In this document: one piece after another, positions 17,351 to 25,780 of the stretch | How the letters are laid out: the number at the start of each line of letters is the position of its first letter | Position numbering within the stretch: position 1 is the stretch's first letter | From: a phage | Assembly: GCA_020241125.1 (NCBI GenBank) | Contig: GCA_020241125.1_4708.1 | Direction: 5' to 3' (one strand) | DNA length: 64,000 bases | Notes under the pieces: model-generated | The model's database searches: none | Told to the model about the DNA's origin: nothing | What the model saw: the letters and a program-made list of their open reading frames with translations, nothing else | Translations under genes and position numbers: made by a program

Positions 17351-19504
17351 TTACTCTGCGGTTTCTTGCTTCGGTAAATAACTTGCTGCGATGTCTTGGG
17401 CTAACAATGTATTGTTTTTATTCGAGATGAAAATACCATAACTTTCCATTAACGCGTAATACGAACGCACGAGCGTAGAGATCAATCGACGAATATCCAT
17501 ACCTTGAATAAAGATATCAGGAAGCCCGGAGGCTTCGATCACCGGTAATGGTATCGTTAAGTTGCTTATCGTTTTCTTATCGTTACGTACAATCCAATCA
17601 CGGAAACGTTGTTGTAACCCTTTATCCTCCCAGGAATCAATCCAATCGTTAAGAAGCGTTTTGTTCTTCGTCGCCAACGGCACACGAACCCCAACATAGG
17701 GTGGTTCCTGGCAATGGCCGTACGATTGAGCAAACACCTCTTCCCACATATCGTAAGACTGTTTCGTTACTGCAACATGCGGTTTCACTTTAACACGTGT
17801 TAAGAAATCAGGATCACCACGTTTCATGGACTCAACGATTTCGTTTTCTAACGAGATAATATCGTCAAGAACCAATCGAATGCTGATCTTCTCGTTACGT
17901 AACAGCTTATCCATGATACCACACATCATGCGTTCAACACGTTTGACGATCATTTTTGGTGCTGACGCATCGCGCATAACCGGACCTTTCAATTCCAGCT
18001 TCGGTGGATTGATAGGAACCCCTTCACGCATGGTCATGTAACCGTAATAGTTTTTACCCATCGAGGTTAACGACAGAATCAAGAACATATATTCGTTCTT
18101 CATTTCCATCACGTACATATGCTCTTTCGCCACACCGATATTACCAGAACACATCGCCATCAGATGAACCGTAATCTGCGTAACCAGATAGATAAGCGTG
18201 TTTGCTAAGCGCGTCGAAACTGGATTGATCTCCATATTTCCAAATCGCCACTGAACCCACTCCTGGCAGGTAAACACCGTCGAGTCGGTATCAGACAACA
18301 CACCCACTTCACGGATTGCTGATGGGAAAGCATAAACACCAGCCGGTTGGTTCTCGGTACGCCAGAACGCCATAATCAAATCAGCATAGCTTTGAATACG
18401 CTGTAGCATTAATTTTGTCGTTGCTGCAGTAAGACGATAACCAAGCTCATTTCCTTTTTCTAGCGCTACGTAAATCGCTTCCCCATTCAAGAACTCCGTA
18501 CATTGTGCTGTAATCCAAGCGACCGTGTTGTTATCCATGGAAGCAATAATGGCTTTAGCCTCTTCCATCGTTTCAACAGGTTCGGATGCCAGCTCGCATA
18601 ACGAATCAAGAAAATCTCGAACAAATTCAGGATTAAGCTCACGTAACGAGTACAGGTTATTGCTATACATGTAGCAGGCGCGTTCCAGTGGGGTTAAACC
18701 GGTAATTAACTCCCGGATAGTCAGTTCTTTCTCTGGGTCGAAAGTATATCGATGCAAGCATTTCGATACGTTAGCCCAAACCTCTTCCGGCGTAGGGTAA
18801 TGTAGTTTGTATTTTACCATTACCTGTTCAATGGCTTTACGATCGCTGTTGCGGACAATACTCACGATGTTTTCAATTGCGATATCACAATCGTAATAAT
18901 GGAAATTGCCCGCAAGGAAGCGTTCGTTGTTCGCATTGGCTGAACCTGAAGCACAGCGACACGTTGTCGTTAAACTTGGATGCGCAATTGGATTATAAAA
19001 AGGGTTAAACTTGGACGCCTGGGTTCCTGACAAACTGTTGTTATCTAACTTGGTGTTGGTTTGTCGTTTATCGTGTAACTCAGCTTCATCTTTACGTCCG
19101 TGTGCTTGCGCTATCGACATTTGTTTCTTTTGTTTCTTACGCAACTTACCGTTTTCAACCGCAAAGTCGCTTAGCACACTGGAACGTGTTTCACGTGGAT
19201 AACAGTTAGCCCACACCGGCGTGATAATTAAATTATTTTCTTTAATATCATTGAAGTATTGGCTGAACTTGATGACTTCTTTTTCTCGATTTCCTTCGGT
19301 GCGCTGTGTTAATACAAGGCAGTCGGGATCAACCATCCCGTATTTTCCACCAGGACGAACCGTATCAAGGACAAACTGCAACGCTTCCTGCTGTGATATC
19401 CCACGCATGCGCATTAAGAACAGGGTATAATCCTGTACCGCTTCTTTGGTCATATCCAACGTACGGCCATATCCGTTTTCATCGTAAAAGAACGGATTTT
19501 CCAT
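17351..19504 (-). CDS. hypothetical protein; candidate divergent family-B DNA polymerase palm domain
   Basis: 717 aa; LSDTDSTVF (motif C-like YGDTDS), YSNNLYS about 120 aa upstream (motif B-like NSLYG), DNNSLSG further upstream (weak motif A-like); GGAGG RBS. Confidence 0.45.
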   Translation of the reverse strand: MENPFFYDENGYGRTLDMTKEAVQDYTLFLMRMRGISQQEALQFVLDTVRPGGKYGMVDPDCLVLTQRTEGNREKEVIKFSQYFNDIKENNLIITPVWANCYPRETRSSVLSDFAVENGKLRKKQKKQMSIAQAHGRKDEAELHDKRQTNTKLDNNSLSGTQASKFNPFYNPIAHPSLTTTCRCASGSANANNERFLAGNFHYYDCDIAIENIVSIVRNSDRKAIEQVMVKYKLHYPTPEEVWANVSKCLHRYTFDPEKELTIRELITGLTPLERACYMYSNNLYSLRELNPEFVRDFLDSLCELASEPVETMEEAKAIIASMDNNTVAWITAQCTEFLNGEAIYVALEKGNELGYRLTAATTKLMLQRIQSYADLIMAFWRTENQPAGVYAFPSAIREVGVLSDTDSTVFTCQEWVQWRFGNMEINPVSTRLANTLIYLVTQITVHLMAMCSGNIGVAKEHMYVMEMKNEYMFLILSLTSMGKNYYGYMTMREGVPINPPKLELKGPVMRDASAPKMIVKRVERMMCGIMDKLLRNEKISIRLVLDDIISLENEIVESMKRGDPDFLTRVKVKPHVAVTKQSYDMWEEVFAQSYGHCQEPPYVGVRVPLATKNKTLLNDWIDSWEDKGLQQRFRDWIVRNDKKTISNLTIPLPVIEASGLPDIFIQGMDIRRLISTLVRSYYALMESYGIFISNKNNTLLAQDIAASYLPKQETAE

Positions 19505-19562
19505 AAATCCTCCAAAAGTTATTTAGTCTGTCTACATCATCTCGTATATCTGTTAAAAAAGA

Positions 19563-19578
19563 AGGACGGCATAAAAAA
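19563..19578 (-). promoter_or_regulatory. TATGCCG element downstream of terminator
   Basis: Minus-strand CTTTTTTATGCCGTCC about 55 nt upstream of the 19504 ATG. Confidence 0.3.
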
Positions 19579-19607
19579 GAACCGATCCAGCCGAAGCCAG
19601 ATCGGTT
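19579..19607 (-). terminator. intrinsic terminator with UUCG tetraloop
   Basis: Minus-strand AACCGAUCUGGC-UUCG-GCUGGAUCGGUU (12 bp incl. 2 G-U pairs) then CUUUUUU. Confidence 0.6.
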
Positions 19608-19643
19608 AAAAAGGATAATAACTGACAGAAAGATATCGATGAT

Positions 19644-19745
19644 GTTCGTGAAACAAGATCTTCTCTCGTGTACAATGATGCTAGATCAGAGGGAGGTTGT
19701 AACACGAGAGGTGGTCCGCCAAAGAAGGAATAAAAAACACGAACC
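19644..19745 (-). ncRNA. structured intergenic RNA element of unknown function
   Basis: Nested inverted repeats: outer GTTCGTG / CACGAAC (19644-19650 with 19739-19745), inner CTCTCGTGT / ACACGAGAG (19664-19672 with 19703-19711) around a 30 nt loop whose minus-strand RNA contains CCUCCCUC. Confidence 0.3.
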
Positions 19746-19803
19746 TATCTTATTTCACTGATGGCACTAACCACTCAAAATATATAGTACCGTATGTAAA
19801 AGT

Positions 19804-20217
19804 TTACTGATTAATCAAGTCGTTAGCAACAATCTTGGTGTAACCCGCCTGATTAAGAATTTGATTAATTTTCGTCACGTCGGTCGCATCCTCAATAACG
19901 ATGCTGGGTTTATAGATCAGCGTCTTGGTAACGACGATTGTACTCTCCTTAATCCAAGGAATCCCTAGAATCACATACTCACCATCGGCTGTAATGACCT
20001 CGACGTAATTGTATTTCGTCGGATCGTTCGGTACACTAGACGGGAGCCGGGAATAAATCTGTTGGTGAATGGCGTCTACATCACGACCGTTACGTACAGC
20101 TGTGCGATAATTGTACACAGCGCTAATTTCTACTCCGTTGAAGTTAACCCCAAGTTCTGGGGCGTACACATCAAAACTCACAACAGAGCCAATCTTTTCT
20201 AAATCAGAAGCTGGCAT
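19804..20217 (-). CDS. hypothetical protein
   Basis: 137 aa track ORF. Confidence 0.5.
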   Translation of the reverse strand: MPASDLEKIGSVVSFDVYAPELGVNFNGVEISAVYNYRTAVRNGRDVDAIHQQIYSRLPSSVPNDPTKYNYVEVITADGEYVILGIPWIKESTIVVTKTLIYKPSIVIEDATDVTKINQILNQAGYTKIVANDLINQ

Positions 20218-20749
20218 AATAGCATCCTTTATTTAAAATGTATTCATATCCGAAAGTCGTCGCTGACCAGACCCGGATAGATGATAGTGTTCCGCCACGA
20301 TAAAACGTTTTTGTGAATTCCATATCCTGGACAACACGATAATAAACACGTCCGATAATACGCACGATAAGGTTTCGTGATAACGATCTCTCCTCGCAGT
20401 ATTCATCGATAAAGTCATCGTCGATATCCGATAAGACAACATCCGCAATTTCTTGCAGTAGATTCCTCATCAGCATCTGCCTTCCTTCGGTACCCCACCC
20501 AGACAAACAGTAATCGTCTTCTGCCTGACTATAGATGTCGTTAACCGCCTGTTCGAGCAGTTGCTCAAGATAGTAGTCATCGCGTTTTATAACGTGGCGA
20601 CGGCGCTCAGTGGCGTATTTTTCCATCCTGTGTTTCTCTTGTTCGGCGTATGTATTAACGACGCCACAGTCTTTTCTGGATCGTCCCACAATGCGCGACG
20701 AAAACTGGATACTACCATAACGGTAGGATAGATTTGTACAACCTCCCAT
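20204..20749 (-). CDS. hypothetical protein, start uncertain
   Basis: 181 aa track ORF; N-terminal part overlaps the upstream ORF in another frame, so an internal start is likely. Confidence 0.4.
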   Translation of the reverse strand: MGGCTNLSYRYGSIQFSSRIVGRSRKDCGVVNTYAEQEKHRMEKYATERRRHVIKRDDYYLEQLLEQAVNDIYSQAEDDYCLSGWGTEGRQMLMRNLLQEIADVVLSDIDDDFIDEYCEERSLSRNLIVRIIGRVYYRVVQDMEFTKTFYRGGTLSSIRVWSATTFGYEYILNKGCYYASF

Positions 20750-21075
20750 CCGTAACGATGTGCGTTAGTCGTACGTCCGACATTGAACAGACATAACTGA
20801 TTTAAGAAACAGAGCTGCATCTTCGTAAACAACACCATATCTTCACGTTTAACGTATCCGAGGATATATGCATTCTCGAACGCCTCGCGTGACAAGACGG
20901 GACGATTAAGATACCGTAACGCTAATACCAACAACGTTGTTATGCGCAACGGATCTTCTGGGTCATTCATGGTGCTCAGCTCTGCTTGTAACCAGTCAGG
21001 GATAGTAACCGTCAGACGATAGGTATCTGTTCCACGATCAACCACATTCAATGTTGAAAAAGGCAACATATCCAT
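20587..21075 (-). CDS. hypothetical protein
   Basis: 162 aa track ORF. Confidence 0.45.
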   Translation of the reverse strand: MDMLPFSTLNVVDRGTDTYRLTVTIPDWLQAELSTMNDPEDPLRITTLLVLALRYLNRPVLSREAFENAYILGYVKREDMVLFTKMQLCFLNQLCLFNVGRTTNAHRYGWEVVQIYPTVMVVSSFRRALWDDPEKTVASLIHTPNKRNTGWKNTPLSAVATL

Positions 21076-21613
21076 GAATTCCTTCTAGCTCGAGGTTGTT
21101 CTCGCCGGTCTTCGGTAATAACCCACTGGCCGTTAACATCTGTGTCATCGAGTAGTCAAAGCACGGGAATATCAGGTTAACGGTTTCCTGGATCGCGTCA
21201 ACATAACTATAAATGGCTTCATAATACTCACCGTCATGATCTACGCTAACCAGTTCCTGACACAGTTCTTCGCTTATCATTTCATATACCGGCGGATACC
21301 ACGATTGAAATGGTCGCTGCATACGTAACGACCAATACTCGTACGTCGTATACTGAAGCACGTCGTAAGCCGATACGTTAATGCGGTCGAAGAAAGCATA
21401 CTTGTCCATATGCTGATACAACATCGCCAGCACGGTTTCCAAGCACACCGATATCCGCACGCCGTCATCTTTCCCGTTAAGAAAATTAGGTTTCTGCCGA
21501 TAACGCACAAATGCCGACGGCTTTGATTGCATTATTCCACCACCAACCATAACGTCATACTCGTATCTAACGTAAAATTGAAATGCCACCAATCTTCTAC
21601 ACGTGGAATCCAC
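21038..21613 (-). CDS. hypothetical protein, start uncertain
   Basis: 191 aa track ORF; probable start at an internal Met near 21532-21550. Confidence 0.45.
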   Translation of the reverse strand: MDSTCRRLVAFQFYVRYEYDVMVGGGIMQSKPSAFVRYRQKPNFLNGKDDGVRISVCLETVLAMLYQHMDKYAFFDRINVSAYDVLQYTTYEYWSLRMQRPFQSWYPPVYEMISEELCQELVSVDHDGEYYEAIYSYVDAIQETVNLIFPCFDYSMTQMLTASGLLPKTGENNLELEGIHGYVAFFNIECG

Positions 21614-22215
21614 GTACGAAGGATTTGGTTAACTTCGCTTCGCATCACCGATAAACGACAACGAAAATCGAACTTCTCATCGTGGCCGTAGTCTTCATGC
21701 ATGAAAACTTCATCCAAAACGAACTCAAGTTGCATGTCGACATCACGGCCAGAGATATTCCGTTTGTACAGATACAGTTCAATCGTGTCGTAAAGCAACG
21801 TGTGAATATCATAATTTCCGTTCGGTGAGAAATAAGGTAATCGCTCATCGAGCATCGTAAACAGATATTCGCTGTAGTTTAATAACGGGATGATGTACCG
21901 ACGCCCTGTCTGTGGTGTGCGAATATGTATCGAAACCTGACTTGGGCGCGGAATAACCGACGGCTTAGAATCGTCTCTCTGAAATTGCTCTAAAGATCGC
22001 AACAAAGGTGGCCGCATTGTAACTCTCCAACGCCCAATTGTAAGGCCCTTCCAACATGTGTTCCCATACGTGAATAAACTCACTACCGAAGACAGGCTCC
22101 AGCGCCATGGTGAGATTCGTAAGTTCTGACGCAGCCGCATGGTAAGCATCAACATGTCTTTCCATTGACGGATCGTCTTCATTGAAAATACGTTCTGTGT
22201 CGCCAGCCCGCTCAA
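21532..22215 (-). CDS. hypothetical protein, start uncertain
   Basis: 227 aa track ORF; N-terminal about 85 codons overlap the next ORF in another frame; possibly one gene with 21965-22594 through a +1 shift. Confidence 0.3.
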   Translation of the reverse strand: MSGLATQNVFSMKTIRQWKDMLMLTMRLRQNLRISPWRWSLSSVVSLFTYGNTCWKGLTIGRWRVTMRPPLLRSLEQFQRDDSKPSVIPRPSQVSIHIRTPQTGRRYIIPLLNYSEYLFTMLDERLPYFSPNGNYDIHTLLYDTIELYLYKRNISGRDVDMQLEFVLDEVFMHEDYGHDEKFDFRCRLSVMRSEVNQILRTWIPRVEDWWHFNFTLDTSMTLWLVVE

Positions 22216-22594
22216 TAAGTTCGGTAATGAGATCTGTCCATGTCTCGTGACACGTCATCATTTCCTGTTCTCGACTTAGTATGCCGATGTCTGCGTGGAC
22301 GCTGGACTCGAACCGGTCTAAAAGGACCCGAAGAACGTGCACCTTGTCGATGTATTTCACCGTTATCCAGGAAAGCGGTTGCCACCGACTCAGCATCCAT
22401 CCGGTACTCGGGAACCCCAAACTCATATAGTACGGGTTGCACCGGACCGAAGACGGAGCGACGTTGTTTAAATCGCTCCTTAAGGGCAAGGCCTTGTTTA
22501 ATATAAACGGGTTCATTGGCGAGTTGTTCCGCTTTTCGTTTTGCGTGAGCCAATCGAAGTTCTTCCAATTGCCCAAGCCATTCAAATTGTTCAT
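21965..22594 (-). CDS. hypothetical protein, start uncertain
   Basis: 209 aa track ORF overlapping 22212-23189 by about 380 nt; plausible coding only from about 22355 or the Met at 22261. Confidence 0.3.
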   Translation of the reverse strand: MNNLNGLGNWKNFDWLTQNEKRNNSPMNPFILNKALPLRSDLNNVAPSSVRCNPYYMSLGFPSTGWMLSRWQPLSWITVKYIDKVHVLRVLLDRFESSVHADIGILSREQEMMTCHETWTDLITELIERAGDTERIFNEDDPSMERHVDAYHAAASELTNLTMALEPVFGSEFIHVWEHMLEGPYNWALESYNAATFVAIFRAISERRF

Positions 22595-23189
22595 CTGTTA
22601 GCTCCTGGGGACGTTCAACAATCGCGCCAGACGGGCAGATATTGATCGTAATGTTAATTGACGGCATCGCCATCACTCGAGGATTACTATTACGTACGCG
22701 GACAACATGTTCGGTTGCTGATTTACGATCGACGCAATACTCTGTTTCTTGGAACTCAAATGCTTTTAACGGTGTTGGTTTTATTTGACGTTTAGGAACG
22801 CGGCCAAGATCAACAATATAGGCATAATCGCACACACGTTCTATTCCGTAAATACGGTTATCCGACCAGTTCTTACCAAACAGCTTATTGTGGTGATAAG
22901 ACAGATATTCGGTTACCATACCCTGGACAACATCGAAGTCTTCTCGAAATTCAGGTTGGTACCAAATCGGACCGAGAATATCTGCGAACGATTCATGACG
23001 ATATCGAGGATCATGTCGAGTCCAGGTCATTCTCTGATTAAGATCGAAATCCACCAACAACTCGGTTAATTGCAATTTTTCCTTCGGAGAAAGCTGGCGT
23101 TGATGATGCAAACTCAGGCAATCGATAAGCGGTAATGAAACCCACGATGCTAATGTGTACAAATCGATCCTGGCTAATCTCTTGGTCAT
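22212..23189 (-). CDS. hypothetical protein
   Basis: 325 aa track ORF; last about 45 residues are Arg-rich and look out-of-frame. Confidence 0.5.
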   Translation of the reverse strand: MTKRLARIDLYTLASWVSLPLIDCLSLHHQRQLSPKEKLQLTELLVDFDLNQRMTWTRHDPRYRHESFADILGPIWYQPEFREDFDVVQGMVTEYLSYHHNKLFGKNWSDNRIYGIERVCDYAYIVDLGRVPKRQIKPTPLKAFEFQETEYCVDRKSATEHVVRVRNSNPRVMAMPSINITINICPSGAIVERPQELTDEQFEWLGQLEELRLAHAKRKAEQLANEPVYIKQGLALKERFKQRRSVFGPVQPVLYEFGVPEYRMDAESVATAFLDNGEIHRQGARSSGPFRPVRVQRPRRHRHTKSRTGNDDVSRDMDRSHYRTY

Positions 23190-23280
23190 ACTCTTTTCCT
23201 AAGTCCCCATTGTTTATACACACGATATCTGGGAATAGTTAAAATATACGGCGTAAAACGAAGCAGGAGAGTTTCTGACG

Positions 23281-23601
23281 TCATTTTCTCCCTCTTCGAA
23301 TACTACCGATACCTCTTTCGTCTAAGACGTCCCAGGCACGCTTTATTTCATCCTCCGTTGCTCTGGTATCTGGAGGGACAACCATAACACAGTCGTGGAA
23401 CGGCCAATGTGTAGGTCTGGGGTTAGCGAACAAATCATCCCATTCAAATGTCCATTCTTTCTTTGAGCGATTGTAGTAGAGCGTAAGGTACGTGTTGGTA
23501 TACGCCGGATAACCGCGCATAACTTCAATATCCTTACGATCTTGCCGTTCCTGATTCCAATCGTTAAACCGCTTTCTTATTTTCTCCCACCACTTTCCCA
23601 T
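23281..23601 (-). CDS. hypothetical protein
   Basis: 106 aa ORF; GGAG RBS. Confidence 0.5.
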   Translation of the reverse strand: MGKWWEKIRKRFNDWNQERQDRKDIEVMRGYPAYTNTYLTLYYNRSKKEWTFEWDDLFANPRPTHWPFHDCVMVVPPDTRATEDEIKRAWDVLDERGIGSIRRGRK

Positions 23602-23610
23602 GCTTTCTCC

Positions 23611-23623
23611 TACACGGCATAAA
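23611..23623 (-). promoter_or_regulatory. TATGCCG element downstream of terminator
   Basis: Minus-strand TTTTATGCCGTG about 20 nt upstream of the 23601 ATG. Confidence 0.3.
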
Positions 23624-23645
23624 AGCCTGCCCCGAAGGACAGGCT
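23624..23645 (-). terminator. intrinsic terminator with UUCG tetraloop
   Basis: Minus-strand AGCCUGUCC-UUCG-GGGCAGGCU (9 bp incl. one G-U) followed by UUUUAUG. Confidence 0.55.
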
Positions 23646-23654
23646 CGATAGAAC

Positions 23655-23855
23655 TTAACGACCATCCAATTTCAATGAAGGATGGTTGACGATATGTGCG
23701 TGTTTTGCTGGGTCATATAGCTGATATGGAAAATAGCCATGCCATTGACGGCCTTGGCATTTCGTACACAGGAACTGACCAACACCTTGTCGATTCTCGT
23801 AAGCGAGTTCGGTACTATCAACATGACCGCAACGTTCGCAGATAAACAGCGACAT
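23655..23855 (-). CDS. small zinc-ribbon protein
   Basis: 66 aa with CERCGH ... CTKCQG (two C-x-x-C pairs). Confidence 0.5.
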   Translation of the reverse strand: MSLFICERCGHVDSTELAYENRQGVGQFLCTKCQGRQWHGYFPYQLYDPAKHAHIVNHPSLKLDGR

Positions 23856-23892
23856 AGCGCATCCCCATTCACTTGAACCTTTTGGTTCGGCA

Positions 23893-24873
23893 TTAGAAAA
23901 GCAAGAAACCGCTATTCTTCGCTTCCGCTACAGTTTCGTCACCAACTTTCGGCGCTTGTTGACGTGCGTTACGATGTTCGATGTAACGTTTCGCTTCGTC
24001 CGCGATCTGTTTGATAATACCCCCTAAACGATCGGTACTTAAAACAAACGACGTCGCTTCACGAATTGGGCTGCTTTCAGGCACAAAACCATCGCAGCTG
24101 TAAATAGCGCTAACGCCCATGACTTTTGTCGCGTCTTTCGGATAAAGCGTACAGAAAGCAATCGGGCTATCGTTCTCTTTCGTCCAATCGTATCCCATGA
24201 ACGTATTCAGTTCGGTGATCGTTGGTTCCAAACCGGTAACACGTGGATGGTTTAAGAAGTTTTCCAGGTCGGCGCTGTCAAGACGACGGTTCTCGCCAGA
24301 AAACAGAACACAAAGCTGGCTAATAACAACCTGCACGTCCAGGTTGACATCCTGCTCCGATTTCCCATTTTCGCCATTCATGTGATAGCTAACAATCACT
24401 GGACGTTTCAACCCTTCTGCAGCCGCCATCAGTCCTTTGAAGGTGCGATCGGCGTTGATCGTTTGACGCTCGTCATCGAACGAGGCAACGATGCAACACA
24501 CCACACGTTCACCACGTTCCAGCAGGTTAGCAACCAACGCAGGACCTGCAACAGAACCTGAACCACCGCTCAGACTAAAGACCACGATATTAAATTTACC
24601 TGGCGTATGCTTATTCAGAATACCCGGGATTTGTGAACAGATCAGTTCAGCGTTCTCATCACGCTTCTTACCAGAACCGTCTAACTCACGACCGGCTACA
24701 TCTTTAAAGATGTAAATATGATCGTCACCCAGTGTGCTATCGCGTAGGTTAGCGCGGCTGGTATCGACATACGTCATGCTGTGTAATCCTTTCGCGACTT
24801 CGCCTTCAAATGCTGAGCCGATTTCGCCACCACAACCACCGACAGCCCAAATATGTACTTGGTTCTCTTGCAT
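23893..24873 (-). CDS. phuZ: tubulin/FtsZ-like protein (PhuZ-type spindle tubulin)
   Basis: 326 aa; N-terminal IWAVGGCGGEIGSAF (FtsZ GGGGGN / tubulin GQCGNQIG loop) and FSLSGGSGSVAGPALVA (tubulin signature GGGTG(S/T)G). Confidence 0.7.
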   Translation of the reverse strand: MQENQVHIWAVGGCGGEIGSAFEGEVAKGLHSMTYVDTSRANLRDSTLGDDHIYIFKDVAGRELDGSGKKRDENAELICSQIPGILNKHTPGKFNIVVFSLSGGSGSVAGPALVANLLERGERVVCCIVASFDDERQTINADRTFKGLMAAAEGLKRPVIVSYHMNGENGKSEQDVNLDVQVVISQLCVLFSGENRRLDSADLENFLNHPRVTGLEPTITELNTFMGYDWTKENDSPIAFCTLYPKDATKVMGVSAIYSCDGFVPESSPIREATSFVLSTDRLGGIIKQIADEAKRYIEHRNARQQAPKVGDETVAEAKNSGFLLF

Positions 24874-24937
24874 GTGAACTCCTAACTTAATATGTATTTA
24901 ACGTACAATGAATCTTTCTTTGCTAAAGGGGTGACCC

Positions 24938-25780
24938 ATGGGTGCTATTGACTACAGTGTAGATCGTATCTGTCGTACAATACCGGCAGATATCCTACAG
25001 TATTGCTATATCGATCGTTACGACTGGCGTAATCGCTATCCTCGTTCCGTAGAAGACATCATTACCGATTGGGTAATCCGTAAACGGGTTATCGGCGACA
25101 TCGATATCTACGGGGGACTACAAACCGTTATTCCCCTTGATGATGCAGGTGTCACAATCGAAGAAGTCACCATTAACTGTTATGTTTTCCACATTCCGTT
25201 GGAAGCCACACAGGGACGTTATATCACGTCCGCATTATCCATTATTTCAGGGAGCGTGAACAACTACGGAATAAACTATAACGGGCAATGGGGCGCTTTC
25301 AACCAAACCCAATTTCAACGTCAGCTTTGTGGGTGGAACCCCGCAAGCAACACGTTACAGCAAGGGATGAACGCGTTCGGTCCCATGAACGTTCTTAGTA
25401 CAGCCAACGTTGATATCATCGCCCCTAACACCATCATGGTGAACAACGTCACGCCTGTACAATTTCCCCTGAGCCTACGCTGTTTCCTTGCCCACGATCC
25501 GGAACTTACCAACCTCAGCATGGAGGTTTGGAACGACTTCTACAAACTCTGTTTATACGCCACGCAAAGTGACATCTACAACAGAACCGTTATCCGTCTC
25601 GATAGAGGTGTTACAGCACAAGGACAAGAAGTCGGTGCATTCAAGGAATACATCGATCGCTTTGCTGATGCTGAAAACACATATCAGGAATTCCTGAACG
25701 AAACGTGGGCTGGCGTTGCTGCCTGGAACGATCCACAAACTAAACGTCGCGCCATTCGACTACAAACCGGTTACTTCTGA
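24938..25780 (+). CDS. hypothetical protein
   Basis: 280 aa ORF; AAGGGG RBS; followed by terminator 25794-25818. Confidence 0.55.
   Translation: MGAIDYSVDRICRTIPADILQYCYIDRYDWRNRYPRSVEDIITDWVIRKRVIGDIDIYGGLQTVIPLDDAGVTIEEVTINCYVFHIPLEATQGRYITSALSIISGSVNNYGINYNGQWGAFNQTQFQRQLCGWNPASNTLQQGMNAFGPMNVLSTANVDIIAPNTIMVNNVTPVQFPLSLRCFLAHDPELTNLSMEVWNDFYKLCLYATQSDIYNRTVIRLDRGVTAQGQEVGAFKEYIDRFADAENTYQEFLNETWAGVAAWNDPQTKRRAIRLQTGYF

Noticed and set aside
22300-22316. tRNA-like T-arm sequence (minus-strand GGTTCGAGTCC)
   Set aside because: The flanking 5 nt arms do not pair (ACCGG against CCAGC), no acceptor or anticodon stems can be built, and it lies inside a protein-coding ORF. No tRNA genes were found elsewhere in the window.
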